Below are positions 8,025 to 17,688 of a stretch of DNA of 40,708 bases, piece by piece. Below the pieces are notes generated by a model. That model searched no databases. It was not told where the DNA came from and saw nothing but the letters and a program-made list of their open reading frames with translations. A program made the translations under genes and the position numbers. Origin of the DNA: Deltaproteobacteria bacterium (GTDB taxonomy: Bacteria > SAR324 > NAC60-12); assembly GCA_038150265.1 (NCBI GenBank), contig JAYOTF010000030.1:1-40708 (forward strand), in the 5' to 3' direction. Each line of letters opens with the position of its first letter. The stretch's first letter is position 1.

Positions 8025-8936
8025 ATGAAACCGAAAATACTGGTTCCTGTTGACAACACTTCCATCAGCGAAGAGGTCCTGCGGTTTGCTGACGGTTGGG
8101 CACAAGAAAAGGACTGGGACCTCCAGGTGCTGCACTGCCGCACCCCGGAAGTGCAGTCCCTCATCGACCGTGGAGAGCTCAACGATCCGAAAGATGCCAT
8201 TGACTCGTGGATGGAGCGGTTTTCCTTCCACCAGCGGCATGACGTGATGCACCGCTTTGGCAAGCCGGCGGAGGCCATCCTCGATGCCGCCCGAGAGACG
8301 CACCCCGAGCTGGTGGTCATGGCTGCCCACGCCCACACGTTGCTGGGACGCCTGTTTCTGGGGAGCAACACCGACACCGTGCTGCATCAGGGGCACACCT
8401 CGGTCTACGTCTACAAGCGTTCCTCCAGGCGCCTTGACCCCAAGGTGATCGTGGTGCCAGTCGATTTGGGCGAGATCTCGGCAGAGGTCCTTCGGGAAGC
8501 CGACCAGTTGGCGCAACGCCATGGCGCCACCCTGCACCTGCTCTTTGTCATGGACATTCCGGAAGTCTACCTCACCGGAAGCGGCGGCGCCTTTTATGGC
8601 ATGTCCCTCGAATCCGGACTGCTCCGGAGCCACCACAAGGAGCAATCCAGGCAGGCCCAGGAACAGATGGAACACCTGCTGGACGGCCTCAGCCTCCAGT
8701 CACCGGTGGAACTCCATGTGGACTTTGGGACACCGTACCTGCGCATTCTCGGGCTCGCCGAGCAGCTCAATGCCAGCCTGATCGCCATGGCAGCGCATGA
8801 CCACTCCACGCTCGGACGCCTGCTGATGGGCAGCAACACCGATTACGTGGTCCATCACTTCGATGGCCCCGTCTACGTCCACAAAAAGTACGAGGCCGAG
8901 GAAAACCGCCCGCTTCAGCTGGGCAAGGTGGAGTAG
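8025..8936 (+). CDS. Tandem-domain universal stress protein
   Basis: Two USP repeats (ILVPVD...G.P...I...MAAH...LGSNTD.V.H). RBS AAGGAGG. Confidence 0.9.
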   Translation: MKPKILVPVDNTSISEEVLRFADGWAQEKDWDLQVLHCRTPEVQSLIDRGELNDPKDAIDSWMERFSFHQRHDVMHRFGKPAEAILDAARETHPELVVMAAHAHTLLGRLFLGSNTDTVLHQGHTSVYVYKRSSRRLDPKVIVVPVDLGEISAEVLREADQLAQRHGATLHLLFVMDIPEVYLTGSGGAFYGMSLESGLLRSHHKEQSRQAQEQMEHLLDGLSLQSPVELHVDFGTPYLRILGLAEQLNASLIAMAAHDHSTLGRLLMGSNTDYVVHHFDGPVYVHKKYEAEENRPLQLGKVE

Positions 8937-9089
8937 CTCCGGTTTTTGCCCCCCTTCCTCCTCTTCAGCCGAGCACTCTCTGGAGAGGAGCCTCCTCCCT
9001 CGGCTTCTGTCCAGCCGCCGTTTTTTCCGCCTCTCCACGCCCGGCCTTTCCCAATCGACCTCTGGTGAATCCCTCAACGCGCCTTGAGT

Positions 9090-9118
9090 TTGACTGTAGA
9101 CCCCTGAAACCGTAAAGT
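9090..9118 (+). promoter_or_regulatory. Sigma70-type promoter of recB
   Basis: TTGACT (9090-9095), 17-nt spacer, TAAAGT (9113-9118). Followed by the inverted repeat ATCTGA-N4-TCAGAT (9119-9134). Confidence 0.55.
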
Positions 9119-9152
9119 ATCTGATTCTTCAGATGTCCCTTTTGGTTTCCCA

Positions 9153-12100
9153 ATGAATTCGGTTTTGATCCGTAAACACTCCAATCTGTTTCGGGCTTCC
9201 CGGCATGCGTTCGATGTGCAGCGTGACCAGCACGCCGTGGTTGAAGCCTCTGCCGGAACAGGAAAGACCTTTGCCCTTGAAGAACTGGTGCTGGAGTTTC
9301 TCCTGGTGGCCGGCCTGGAGGTGAAGCAGCTGCTGCTGATGACGTTTACGGAAAAGGCCACCGCCGAATTGCGGGAACGGATCCGGAGCCGCCTCACCTC
9401 GGTTCTTGAGCAAGCTGAGCAGGGAACCTCCGACCCGGAAGCAGGCCCGTGCTGGGTTCTCGATGGGACCGCCCGGCAGCGGGTGCAGCAGGCGCTCCTG
9501 GACTTTGAATCGCTTCCGGTGCTGACGATCCACGGCTTCTGCAACCGGGTGCTCACCGAGTTTGCCTTTGAAAACCGGCAGCTGTTTCACCACAACGTCC
9601 AAAGCCTGAGCCTGCTCCTTCCGGAAGCGCTTCGAGCCCTGCTCCGTCGCGAGGTGCTGCCCGGTGACCATGTCACCTCGCCGCTGTTCCGCGAGCAGGC
9701 CAGTGAGGAACAGTTTAGCCTGGCTCAACTCACTCAAGACCTGGAAACCCTGCTCGGGCACACCGGTTTGCTCCTTCCGGAGCCCCCGCTTCCGGACTCC
9801 TTCGACGATAAAGATAAAAAGGAACAGTACGCCTGGCTCCTCCGGATGCTGCTCCCGGATGTCCGCCGCGAGGTCCAGCGCCTTCAGGCCGAACAGGGCA
9901 CCCTCGACTATCAGGACATGATCCAGCGGGTGCATGAAAACGTTCAGCCTCACGATGGCGCCCCTTCTTCGCTCACACAGGCCCTCCGGACGCGGTACCA
10001 GTGTGCCATCGTGGACGAGTTCCAAGACACCGACCCCCTGCAGTGGGGCATCTTCCGGGAGGTCTTTCTCAACGGAGAGCACAACCGGCTCGTCGTCATC
10101 GGCGATCCCAAGCAGGCCATCTACAGTTTCCGCAGCGCCGACGTCTATACCTACCTCGACGCTCGCCAGGCCATTCTTGAAAAAACCGGACGTCCGGAGC
10201 CCTTTACGCTGGACCAGAACTTCCGCTCCAACGAACACCTGATTGCTGCCTTCAACCAGCTCTTCGCTGACAAGGAGTGGTTTGACAACGGTGCCGCCAC
10301 AGGCTCCGATGCCATCACGTATCGTCCGGTCACGTGTGGCAATAGCCAAATTGCGCTTTCCGGAGCCCCTGACCGAGCGGCCCTGCACCTGCTGGAACTC
10401 CCTCCTCGTTTTGAGATCAATGGCAACGTGAAGCCTTCCAAGACCGGCATGTTGCGTGACCTCACCGAAGAGGAAGCCGCTTTGTTGCAGAAGCGCCTCA
10501 AGGGACAAGCGTTTTTCAGCATCTCGTCATTTGAGCATGCCCTCCGGGAGCACTTGCCTCCCGACCGTGTTGAGAAACTCCGGAGCCCGCTCATCCGCAC
10601 GTGCCTGAGCAGCAACGCCTCTGACACCACCCAGGCGCTGCATCAGGCCATTGCCCGCGAGATTCAGGCCCTTCACCAGCATCCTCCAGACTGGACCGGG
10701 AAAGAGAAACCGGCCACGAAGCGTCCCCTTCGCCTCCGGGACATCTGTGTCCTCACACGGACCAAGAAGGCCTCTCTGAAGATCGGGAAGGAGCTGGAGC
10801 AGCTGGGAATTCCCTACGCCTTCTACCGCCAGGGGGGGCTGTTTCAAACCCGAGAAGCCCTGGAGTGGCTCGACCTCCTCAACGCCATCCGCTTGCCCAA
10901 TCAGCGCTCGTGGGTCCAGAAGGCGTGGCTGACCCGCTTCTTCAACCTGCCTCTGTCGCAGCTTGCTTCCGCTTGGGAAGCCCCGGAAACGGCCTCCTTC
11001 CGGAGTTGGTTCCTGGAGTGGCACCAACAAGCGGAACAGAGGCAGTACATCTCGCTCTTTGACGACATTCTCAAAAAAACGCAGGTGCTGGAGCATGAGT
11101 TGCTGCTCAATCCAGACTCACGGAGCGTGTTCAGCTACCAGCAGCTTCTGGAACGCCTCGGCAGCGTGGCACTGGCCCGGAATTACTCCCTTGATGAGCT
11201 GGCAGCCTGGCTCAAGCGGATGGTCGATGACCCCAAGCAGGATAGCGACGAGAGCGACGACATCCTCAGGCAGGACTCGCAGCAAGAGGCGGTGCAGCTG
11301 ATGACCATCCACACCTCCAAGGGTCTGGAGTTTCCCGTCGTCTTCCTCGACCTCGGTGGCGTTCAGGGCAACTACAAGAACACCGCCTGGAGTTACCACG
11401 TCGATCGGCAACGCGTGTACGACTTGCTTCCGGACAAAAACACCAAACAGTTGGCCGACGATGAAATCGCTGAGGAAAATCAGCGCCTCCTCTATGTGGC
11501 CTTGACCCGAGCCGCCGGACGGCTTTACCTGCCGTACCTGCCTGAGGTTCCGGAAACAGCGAGTGGAAAGAGTCGGGCAAAAACCACCGTTCCCCTGAAA
11601 AAAGGAGCGCTGTTCACGTCCCTGCTCGTCCCCCTGGAGCACCTGGTTCAGCACTCGCCTGCGCTCTCTTCCAGGCAAGTGGTCACCATGTCGCAGGCTG
11701 GCTCTCTGCAGTCAACGGCTTCCGCCGCCCTTCCAACCACCTTCCAGGCCGTGGAGCGCTCCCTCCCCCAGGCACCGGAGTGGCTCGGTGACCACCCGAA
11801 GCCCGAGCAGGTTGCTGCGGCTCGTTTTGAGACGCTCCGGAAGGCCCACCTGGGCTTCCAGATCGGGTCCTTCTCACGCTGGCAGAAGCAGTCGGAAGAG
11901 GCTCGGCACCTCCGGGACTCCGACCAGCTGCAAGACGGCCGAGAGCCGGATGAGCCCACGCCAGAACTCAGCCCGGCGAGTGAGCAGGATCGGCTTCTGC
12001 CCGGAGGCGTACAAACCGGGAACTTCCTCCACAAGCTGCTGGAGGACCTCGACTATGCCACGGCGGAGGCGCCGTCTCCGGAGGCGTGGCTGCAGCAGCC

Positions 12101-12698
12101 TCGGGTGCAGCGCGTGTTTGAAGAAACCCGCCAGCGCTTCCAGTTGAGTCCGGAGGCTGCCGCTCGCGCCGCTGAGCTGCTCTGGCATACCCTGCAGAAG
12201 CCCCTCCGGGAGGATCCGGAGCTGATCCTCTGCCGCTGTTCCAGGCGACTGCATGAAGTCGATTTTCACTTTGCGCTTCCGGAACCGCAGAGCGGGCGCT
12301 TTCACTTCCTCCAGCCCGAGCCGCTGGCCCTTGAAGAATCAGGAGCCCCCTGGCTCGTGCAAAATGGATTCTTGCAGGGGAGCATTGACCTCGTGTTCCA
12401 GCACCAGGGAAAAACCTACTTCCTGGACTGGAAGAGCAACCGCCTGAGCAACTACGCGCCCGCGACCATGGAGGAGACGGTCCGGACGCACTATGAGCTT
12501 CAGAAGGACATCTACCTCGTCGCAACGCTGCGCTGGCTCGGCGTTCGCAATGAGGAACAGTACCACCGACTGTACGGGGGGGCCTTCTACGTTTTTCTGC
12601 GCGGCATGGCAGACACCCAAGCTTCGTGCTTCTTCCCCCCCCCTTCCTGGGAGGCAGTCCAGCAAATTGAATCTCGCCTTGGAACAGGACCGCGTTAA
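9153..12698 (+). CDS. recB: RecB-family helicase-nuclease (exonuclease V beta)
   Basis: EASAGTGKT, TFTEKATAELRERI, TIHGFC, VDEFQDTD, IGDPKQAIYSFR, TIHTSKGLEF, RLLYVALTRA. C-terminal nuclease motif GSIDLVF...LDWKSN. Confidence 0.88.
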   Translation: MNSVLIRKHSNLFRASRHAFDVQRDQHAVVEASAGTGKTFALEELVLEFLLVAGLEVKQLLLMTFTEKATAELRERIRSRLTSVLEQAEQGTSDPEAGPCWVLDGTARQRVQQALLDFESLPVLTIHGFCNRVLTEFAFENRQLFHHNVQSLSLLLPEALRALLRREVLPGDHVTSPLFREQASEEQFSLAQLTQDLETLLGHTGLLLPEPPLPDSFDDKDKKEQYAWLLRMLLPDVRREVQRLQAEQGTLDYQDMIQRVHENVQPHDGAPSSLTQALRTRYQCAIVDEFQDTDPLQWGIFREVFLNGEHNRLVVIGDPKQAIYSFRSADVYTYLDARQAILEKTGRPEPFTLDQNFRSNEHLIAAFNQLFADKEWFDNGAATGSDAITYRPVTCGNSQIALSGAPDRAALHLLELPPRFEINGNVKPSKTGMLRDLTEEEAALLQKRLKGQAFFSISSFEHALREHLPPDRVEKLRSPLIRTCLSSNASDTTQALHQAIAREIQALHQHPPDWTGKEKPATKRPLRLRDICVLTRTKKASLKIGKELEQLGIPYAFYRQGGLFQTREALEWLDLLNAIRLPNQRSWVQKAWLTRFFNLPLSQLASAWEAPETASFRSWFLEWHQQAEQRQYISLFDDILKKTQVLEHELLLNPDSRSVFSYQQLLERLGSVALARNYSLDELAAWLKRMVDDPKQDSDESDDILRQDSQQEAVQLMTIHTSKGLEFPVVFLDLGGVQGNYKNTAWSYHVDRQRVYDLLPDKNTKQLADDEIAEENQRLLYVALTRAAGRLYLPYLPEVPETASGKSRAKTTVPLKKGALFTSLLVPLEHLVQHSPALSSRQVVTMSQAGSLQSTASAALPTTFQAVERSLPQAPEWLGDHPKPEQVAAARFETLRKAHLGFQIGSFSRWQKQSEEARHLRDSDQLQDGREPDEPTPELSPASEQDRLLPGGVQTGNFLHKLLEDLDYATAEAPSPEAWLQQPRVQRVFEETRQRFQLSPEAAARAAELLWHTLQKPLREDPELILCRCSRRLHEVDFHFALPEPQSGRFHFLQPEPLALEESGAPWLVQNGFLQGSIDLVFQHQGKTYFLDWKSNRLSNYAPATMEETVRTHYELQKDIYLVATLRWLGVRNEEQYHRLYGGAFYVFLRGMADTQASCFFPPPSWEAVQQIESRLGTGPR

Positions 12699-14359
12699 TG
12701 GACGACCTCCTTCATCTCCTGACCCTCAGTGACTCGCTGGTCGAGGGAGCCCGCTGGAACCTGCGCGGGCGGCCGCGTCTGCTGGAATGGCACTCGCACT
12801 GGAACGACCTTCCGGGTCCGGACGCTCCTGCGCCCGCTCCCTTGGCTCACCTGGCCGCCTTCCTCGAGGCCCAGGCCATTCGGGAAGGATCCGTGGTCCT
12901 GCTGGTTCCCACACGCTGGGCGGCGCTGCGGCACCTCAACTTTCCGTTCTCGGAGCCGGCCAAGATTCGGCAAGCGCTCCCGTTTGCCCTCTCCAGTGAG
13001 GTGCTGCATGAGCTGGACTCCTACCGCTACTCCTTCTCCACGCATCCACAACCCGAGGCGCCGACGGAAGTCCGAGTGCAGCTGATTGCCCGGGAACTGC
13101 TGGATCCCATTCAGCACCTCTTCCAGGAGCGAGACCTCACGCTTCGGGACGTCCGGACCACCGCATGTGCGCTCCAGATGATCCCGGATGAAGCCACCTT
13201 TCAGATCTACGTGGGGCCCGATGAGGTCTTTGCCAACTCCCGAGATGGGCAGCTCTGGCAAGCGGTTCAGAGCTTCTCCAACCAGTTGGGCCCCCTGACG
13301 CAACCGCATGCGGCCAGCGGACTGCAAGCCTTCTTGCACGGGCTCGGCCGGTCTGGAGGCGAAGACCCGGATGCGTGGGCAGAGCTCCGGCAGGAGCTCA
13401 ATCGGCTGGCTGGCGACTTCACGCGGTTTCTCCGGCTGCAGAGTGCCCTCTCCGAAAGCGAGGTTCGCTTTTACGGAATCTTCGCGCCACTCTTTTACTG
13501 GGATGGGGTCCTCGTCCGGCTCCGCTCATTCCCGCTTCCAGAGGCGGAGCAGTTGGCCCCAGACACGCCCACCCACCTTCCGGCAAAACCGCCTCCGCAG
13601 CCTCCGGAGAACCTGGAGGAGCTGATTCATGAAGCCGAATCCCGGGAACAGGCCGAGCAGCAGGACGCCTCGCACACGGCACTTGTTCCGCATGTTGAGG
13701 AACGTGGCGTGGCCCTGGCGTCGGGAAGCCTGCTGGACCTCCAGAACCGGCAGGTCTGGAGTGTGCTGGAAGACCTCAAGCGTGAGGTTCTTCCGGGCAG
13801 TCACCCCAAGCCACTGGGCCTGCTCAGTGAAACACCGCCGTGGAAACGCTTCGTCAAGCGGCACCAGAAGTCCCTGCTGGTGGCGTCTCTGCTGGCCGGG
13901 GTGCTGCTGACGCTTCAGGTGGGAAAGCTGATGCTCCGGCAGGAACTGCTCCGGCAGGAACTTCAGCGGACCGAGGCCTCGGCCCAGAACCTGCTGCAAC
14001 AGGTTGGCATTCAGGAAAACTCGCTCCGGAGTGGCGTGGTCGCCTTGCGGGAACAAATCAGCAAGCGCCGCATTGAGATCGAGGTGGGGCAGTCGTACCT
14101 GAAACGTGAATACACGATGCTCCAATTCCTCACCCACCTCTCTCAGCTCATCAGCGCCCGTCCGGATCAGTTCCAGATCGACCGTGTGGAGTACACTCCC
14201 TCACGCTTTGCCCTCAACGGACTGATCGACAGCTACGACCGTCTTCAGGAGTTGAAAAGCCGCCTCACCGAACTCGAGGCCTTCTCTGGAAAACGCATGG
14301 TTGAGAGCAACCGCAAAAGCACGGAGGGCATCGTCTTCCGCATCTCCATCGACCTCTAA
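12698..14359 (+). CDS. GspL/PilM-PilN-like type II secretion or type IV pilus inner-membrane protein
   Basis: N-terminal LRHLNFPFSEPAKIRQALPFAL typical of the GspL cytoplasmic domain. One TM near aa 395-412, a coiled coil, then a PilN-like C-terminus (LNGLIDSYDRLQELKSRL...FRISI). TAATG overlap with recB. Confidence 0.6.
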   Translation: MDDLLHLLTLSDSLVEGARWNLRGRPRLLEWHSHWNDLPGPDAPAPAPLAHLAAFLEAQAIREGSVVLLVPTRWAALRHLNFPFSEPAKIRQALPFALSSEVLHELDSYRYSFSTHPQPEAPTEVRVQLIARELLDPIQHLFQERDLTLRDVRTTACALQMIPDEATFQIYVGPDEVFANSRDGQLWQAVQSFSNQLGPLTQPHAASGLQAFLHGLGRSGGEDPDAWAELRQELNRLAGDFTRFLRLQSALSESEVRFYGIFAPLFYWDGVLVRLRSFPLPEAEQLAPDTPTHLPAKPPPQPPENLEELIHEAESREQAEQQDASHTALVPHVEERGVALASGSLLDLQNRQVWSVLEDLKREVLPGSHPKPLGLLSETPPWKRFVKRHQKSLLVASLLAGVLLTLQVGKLMLRQELLRQELQRTEASAQNLLQQVGIQENSLRSGVVALREQISKRRIEIEVGQSYLKREYTMLQFLTHLSQLISARPDQFQIDRVEYTPSRFALNGLIDSYDRLQELKSRLTELEAFSGKRMVESNRKSTEGIVFRISIDL

Positions 14360-14391
14360 CCCTCTCCCGTTCCCCTCAATCAAGGCACTGA

Positions 14392-17300
14392 ATGACCCGC
14401 ACCGCCGCACCTGATTTTGCGTCTTCTGGCCACGGCTACTTCCTCCAACCCACCGTCCGGGGGGAGCAGCTCGCCTTTATCTGTGAAGATGACTTATGGC
14501 TCGCGCCCCTGAGCGGGGGTCCGGCCCGGCGGCTGACCAACACCTCCAGTGAAATCCGGTCTCCGGCCTTCTCTCCAGACGGGCAAACCCTGGCGGTGTG
14601 TGCCATGGAAGAGGGGGAGTACGACGTCTACGTCCTCTCCGCCTCCGGAGGCCCGCTGCGGCGCATCACCTGGCTCAACTCGGTCACACACGTCGTTGGC
14701 TGGAGCCCCGACGGGCAGTCCGTGCTCTTCCGGAGCACCCATGAGTCCGTTCACCACCGAGGGGCAGACGCCACCTTGTTTCAGGTTCACGCCTCCGGAG
14801 GCCCCATTGTGCCATTGCCTGTGGGCCCGGCCCTGACCCTGAGCCAGCAGGGCACCGCAGTGGTGATCGGCAGAAACACCCTGGCCAACTCCCGGTGGAA
14901 GCGCTACCGGGGCGGCATGGTCGGCGAAGTCTGGGTCGATGCCTCCGGAACCGGTCAGTTTTCCCGCATCCTTGCAGAGTTGGAAGGAAACCCGGTGGCT
15001 CCGTTCTGGCTACAGGGACGTGTCTGGTTCGTCTCCGACCACGAAGGCATCGGCAACCTCTACTCCTGCCTCCCGGATGGCCAAGACCTGCGCCCGGAGA
15101 CCTTTCAGCGCGACTACTACGTCCGCATGCCCGCCACCGACGGACGGCAGGTGGTCTTCCACTGTGGCGGAGACCTGTGGCGGCTGGATGTGAATGAGCC
15201 TGCCGAGCCCGGACGCGAGCGTCCCATCGAGCTGCCCTGGGCCACCCAGAAGGCTCGGCTGCAGCGACGCTTCATTGAAGGTCCGGACTACCTGGAAGAG
15301 GTTTCCCTGCACCCACAGGGGCACGCCATTGCGCTCACAGCACGCGGAAAGCTCTGCGGCATGGCCCTTTGGGAACAAGCCGTGGTGCAACTGGGAGAGC
15401 GCAACGGCGTCCGTTACCGCCTGGCCCGCTGGCTCAGCGACAGCCGCATGATCGCCGTCTCTGACGCCTCCGGAGAGGAGCGGCTCGACCTCTTTCCAGC
15501 CGCACCGGCTCCCACTCCGGAAAAAAGCATCCGGCTGCCCCTGGGACGTGTTCAGGACATGGTCACTTCCCCCACTCATGCCCACGCGGTGGTGACCACC
15601 AGCCGCATGGAGCTGTGGGTCGTCAACCTTGAAACCGGCTCGCTGCGCCTGCTCGACTCCTCTCCGCTCAAGGAAATCAGCGAGCCCGTCTTTTCTCCCG
15701 ATGGCCACTGGGTCGCGTACACCAAGTACATCACTCCGGAGCTGAGCGCCATCTTCCTCGTCCGCCTCGGCATCCCCAAAACCGGAAAGACCCTGCGGCC
15801 CCAGACTCCGGTCCAGGCCAGTGATCCGGTGCGCTACGACTTCACCCCCGCGTTTGATCCGGAAGGGCACTACCTCTACTTCCTGTCTTCTCGGACCTAC
15901 AACCCGGTCTGGGACACCGTGCAGACCGCCACCTCCTTCAGTCGCTCCATCAAACCGTACCTGATTCTCCTCCAGGAGCATCAGCCCAATCCCTTCCGCC
16001 CGCAGCCTCATGCCCCCGGAGCCAAGGAGGAGCCGGAGGAGCCGGTGGAAAAAGAGGAGCGTGGGAAAAAAGCCGAAGCGGCGCCTCCGCTGGAAATTGA
16101 CCTCGAGGGCATCCGCGAGCGCATCATCGAGTTTCCGGTTCCGGAAAGCATCTACGGGCAGGTCCTGGGGCTTCACCAGCAAAAGGTGCTGTTCACCGAG
16201 TACCCGCTCTCTGGCGACCTTGATGAGCCGAATCCGGAAGAGTCCGGAGACGAGGGGCTGCTGTGGATGTACGACTTTGAGAAGCAGGACCGCGAGGTGC
16301 TGGTTCCGGAGGTTGGAGAAATTCAGGTCACCCCCAATGGACGCACCCTGCTCTATGTCTCCGGAGCCCGCATCCGCGTCCTTGAAGCCGGGGCTCAGCC
16401 TCCGGAAGAGCTGGATGGTCCGCCTTCTCGAAAAAGTGGCTGGCTCGACCTCTCGCGCCTCCGCCTTTCGGTCAGCTACCCTGAGGAGTGGAAGCAGATG
16501 TTCCGTGAGACCTGGCGCCTGCAGCGTGAATTTTTCTGGGATGAGGACCTCTCGGGCGTCGACTGGGAAAAGGTTTATGCGCGGTACGCCCGCCTCTTGC
16601 CCCGGCTGGGATCACGCTCGGAACTCTCGGACCTCATTTGGGAAATGCAGGGAGAGTTGGGGACCTCGCATGCTTACGAATACGGCGGTGACTACCGGCG
16701 TGCCCCGCGCTACCCGGTGGGCTGGCTGGGAGCCGACCTGGGCTACCATGCCGAAGAAAAGGGCTGGTTCTTTGACCGGATCCTGCAGGGAGACCTGTGG
16801 AAAAAAGGCGCTCATTCGCCTCTTGCCGAACCCGGAAACCGAGTGCAGCCGGGGGATCGCCTGTTGGCCATTGGCGGCATTCCTGTCGACGAAGAGACCG
16901 TTCCGCAGGAGCTGCTGGTGAACCTCGCAGGGCAGGAGGTCTTGCTCACCATTGCGCCGGTTGAAGACCCCAAGGAGATCCGCCTCATCAGCGTGGAAAC
17001 CCTTGCCAGCGAGCGAGCCGTCCGTTACCGCGAATGGGTCCGGCGCAAGACCCAACAGGTGCAGGACGCCACTGATGGACGCATCGGCTACCTGCACCTC
17101 CCGGACATGAGCACCGAGGGCATTGCGGAATTTCACCGGGCGTACCTCGCACAGGTCGACCGCGACGGCCTCATCATTGATGCGCGCTACAATGCGGGCG
17201 GAATGGTGTCGCCCCTCATTCTGGAGAAGCTCATGCACCGGCACCTTGGCTACGACGTTCCGCGCTGGGGGGTTCCGGAGTCCTACCCCTACCACACGGT

Positions 17301-17685
17301 CCGGGGACCGCTGCTGGCGCTTGCCAACGGCTTCACAGGCTCGGACGGAGACATGTTCAGTGCCAGTTTCCGTGCCCTTCAGCTGGGGCCACTGGTGGGA
17401 AAGCGCACCTGGGGCGGCGTGATCGGCATTGACAGCCGCTACTCCCTCGTTGATGGCACCACCACCACGCAGCCTCAGTACTCCATCTGGTTCCACCACC
17501 TCGGGTGGTCGGTTGAAAATTATGGCGTGGACCCCGACCTGGTGGTGGAAGACCCGCCTCAGGCGTATGTCCAGCAGGAGGACCCCCAGCTGGAAGCCGC
17601 TATTGCGGAAATCCTCCGACTCCTGAAGGAGACGCCGCTTCCCTCCCGGACCTTTGGTCCCATTCCGCAACGCCCGCTTCCCTGA
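14392..17685 (+). CDS. Tricorn protease homolog (peptidase S41)
   Basis: Beta-propeller repeats (FSPDG), WKRYRGG, GELGTSH, PDZ region, IGYLHLPDM, DARYNAGG, catalytic GSDGD, GKRTWGG, VENYGVDPD. Confidence 0.93.
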   Translation: MTRTAAPDFASSGHGYFLQPTVRGEQLAFICEDDLWLAPLSGGPARRLTNTSSEIRSPAFSPDGQTLAVCAMEEGEYDVYVLSASGGPLRRITWLNSVTHVVGWSPDGQSVLFRSTHESVHHRGADATLFQVHASGGPIVPLPVGPALTLSQQGTAVVIGRNTLANSRWKRYRGGMVGEVWVDASGTGQFSRILAELEGNPVAPFWLQGRVWFVSDHEGIGNLYSCLPDGQDLRPETFQRDYYVRMPATDGRQVVFHCGGDLWRLDVNEPAEPGRERPIELPWATQKARLQRRFIEGPDYLEEVSLHPQGHAIALTARGKLCGMALWEQAVVQLGERNGVRYRLARWLSDSRMIAVSDASGEERLDLFPAAPAPTPEKSIRLPLGRVQDMVTSPTHAHAVVTTSRMELWVVNLETGSLRLLDSSPLKEISEPVFSPDGHWVAYTKYITPELSAIFLVRLGIPKTGKTLRPQTPVQASDPVRYDFTPAFDPEGHYLYFLSSRTYNPVWDTVQTATSFSRSIKPYLILLQEHQPNPFRPQPHAPGAKEEPEEPVEKEERGKKAEAAPPLEIDLEGIRERIIEFPVPESIYGQVLGLHQQKVLFTEYPLSGDLDEPNPEESGDEGLLWMYDFEKQDREVLVPEVGEIQVTPNGRTLLYVSGARIRVLEAGAQPPEELDGPPSRKSGWLDLSRLRLSVSYPEEWKQMFRETWRLQREFFWDEDLSGVDWEKVYARYARLLPRLGSRSELSDLIWEMQGELGTSHAYEYGGDYRRAPRYPVGWLGADLGYHAEEKGWFFDRILQGDLWKKGAHSPLAEPGNRVQPGDRLLAIGGIPVDEETVPQELLVNLAGQEVLLTIAPVEDPKEIRLISVETLASERAVRYREWVRRKTQQVQDATDGRIGYLHLPDMSTEGIAEFHRAYLAQVDRDGLIIDARYNAGGMVSPLILEKLMHRHLGYDVPRWGVPESYPYHTVRGPLLALANGFTGSDGDMFSASFRALQLGPLVGKRTWGGVIGIDSRYSLVDGTTTTQPQYSIWFHHLGWSVENYGVDPDLVVEDPPQAYVQQEDPQLEAAIAEILRLLKETPLPSRTFGPIPQRPLP

Positions 17686-17688
17686 CCC

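Noticed and set aside
9153..12698. RecB-like helicase-nuclease as part of an anti-phage defence system
   Set aside because: Motifs are those of housekeeping RecB and no defence-type neighbours are present.
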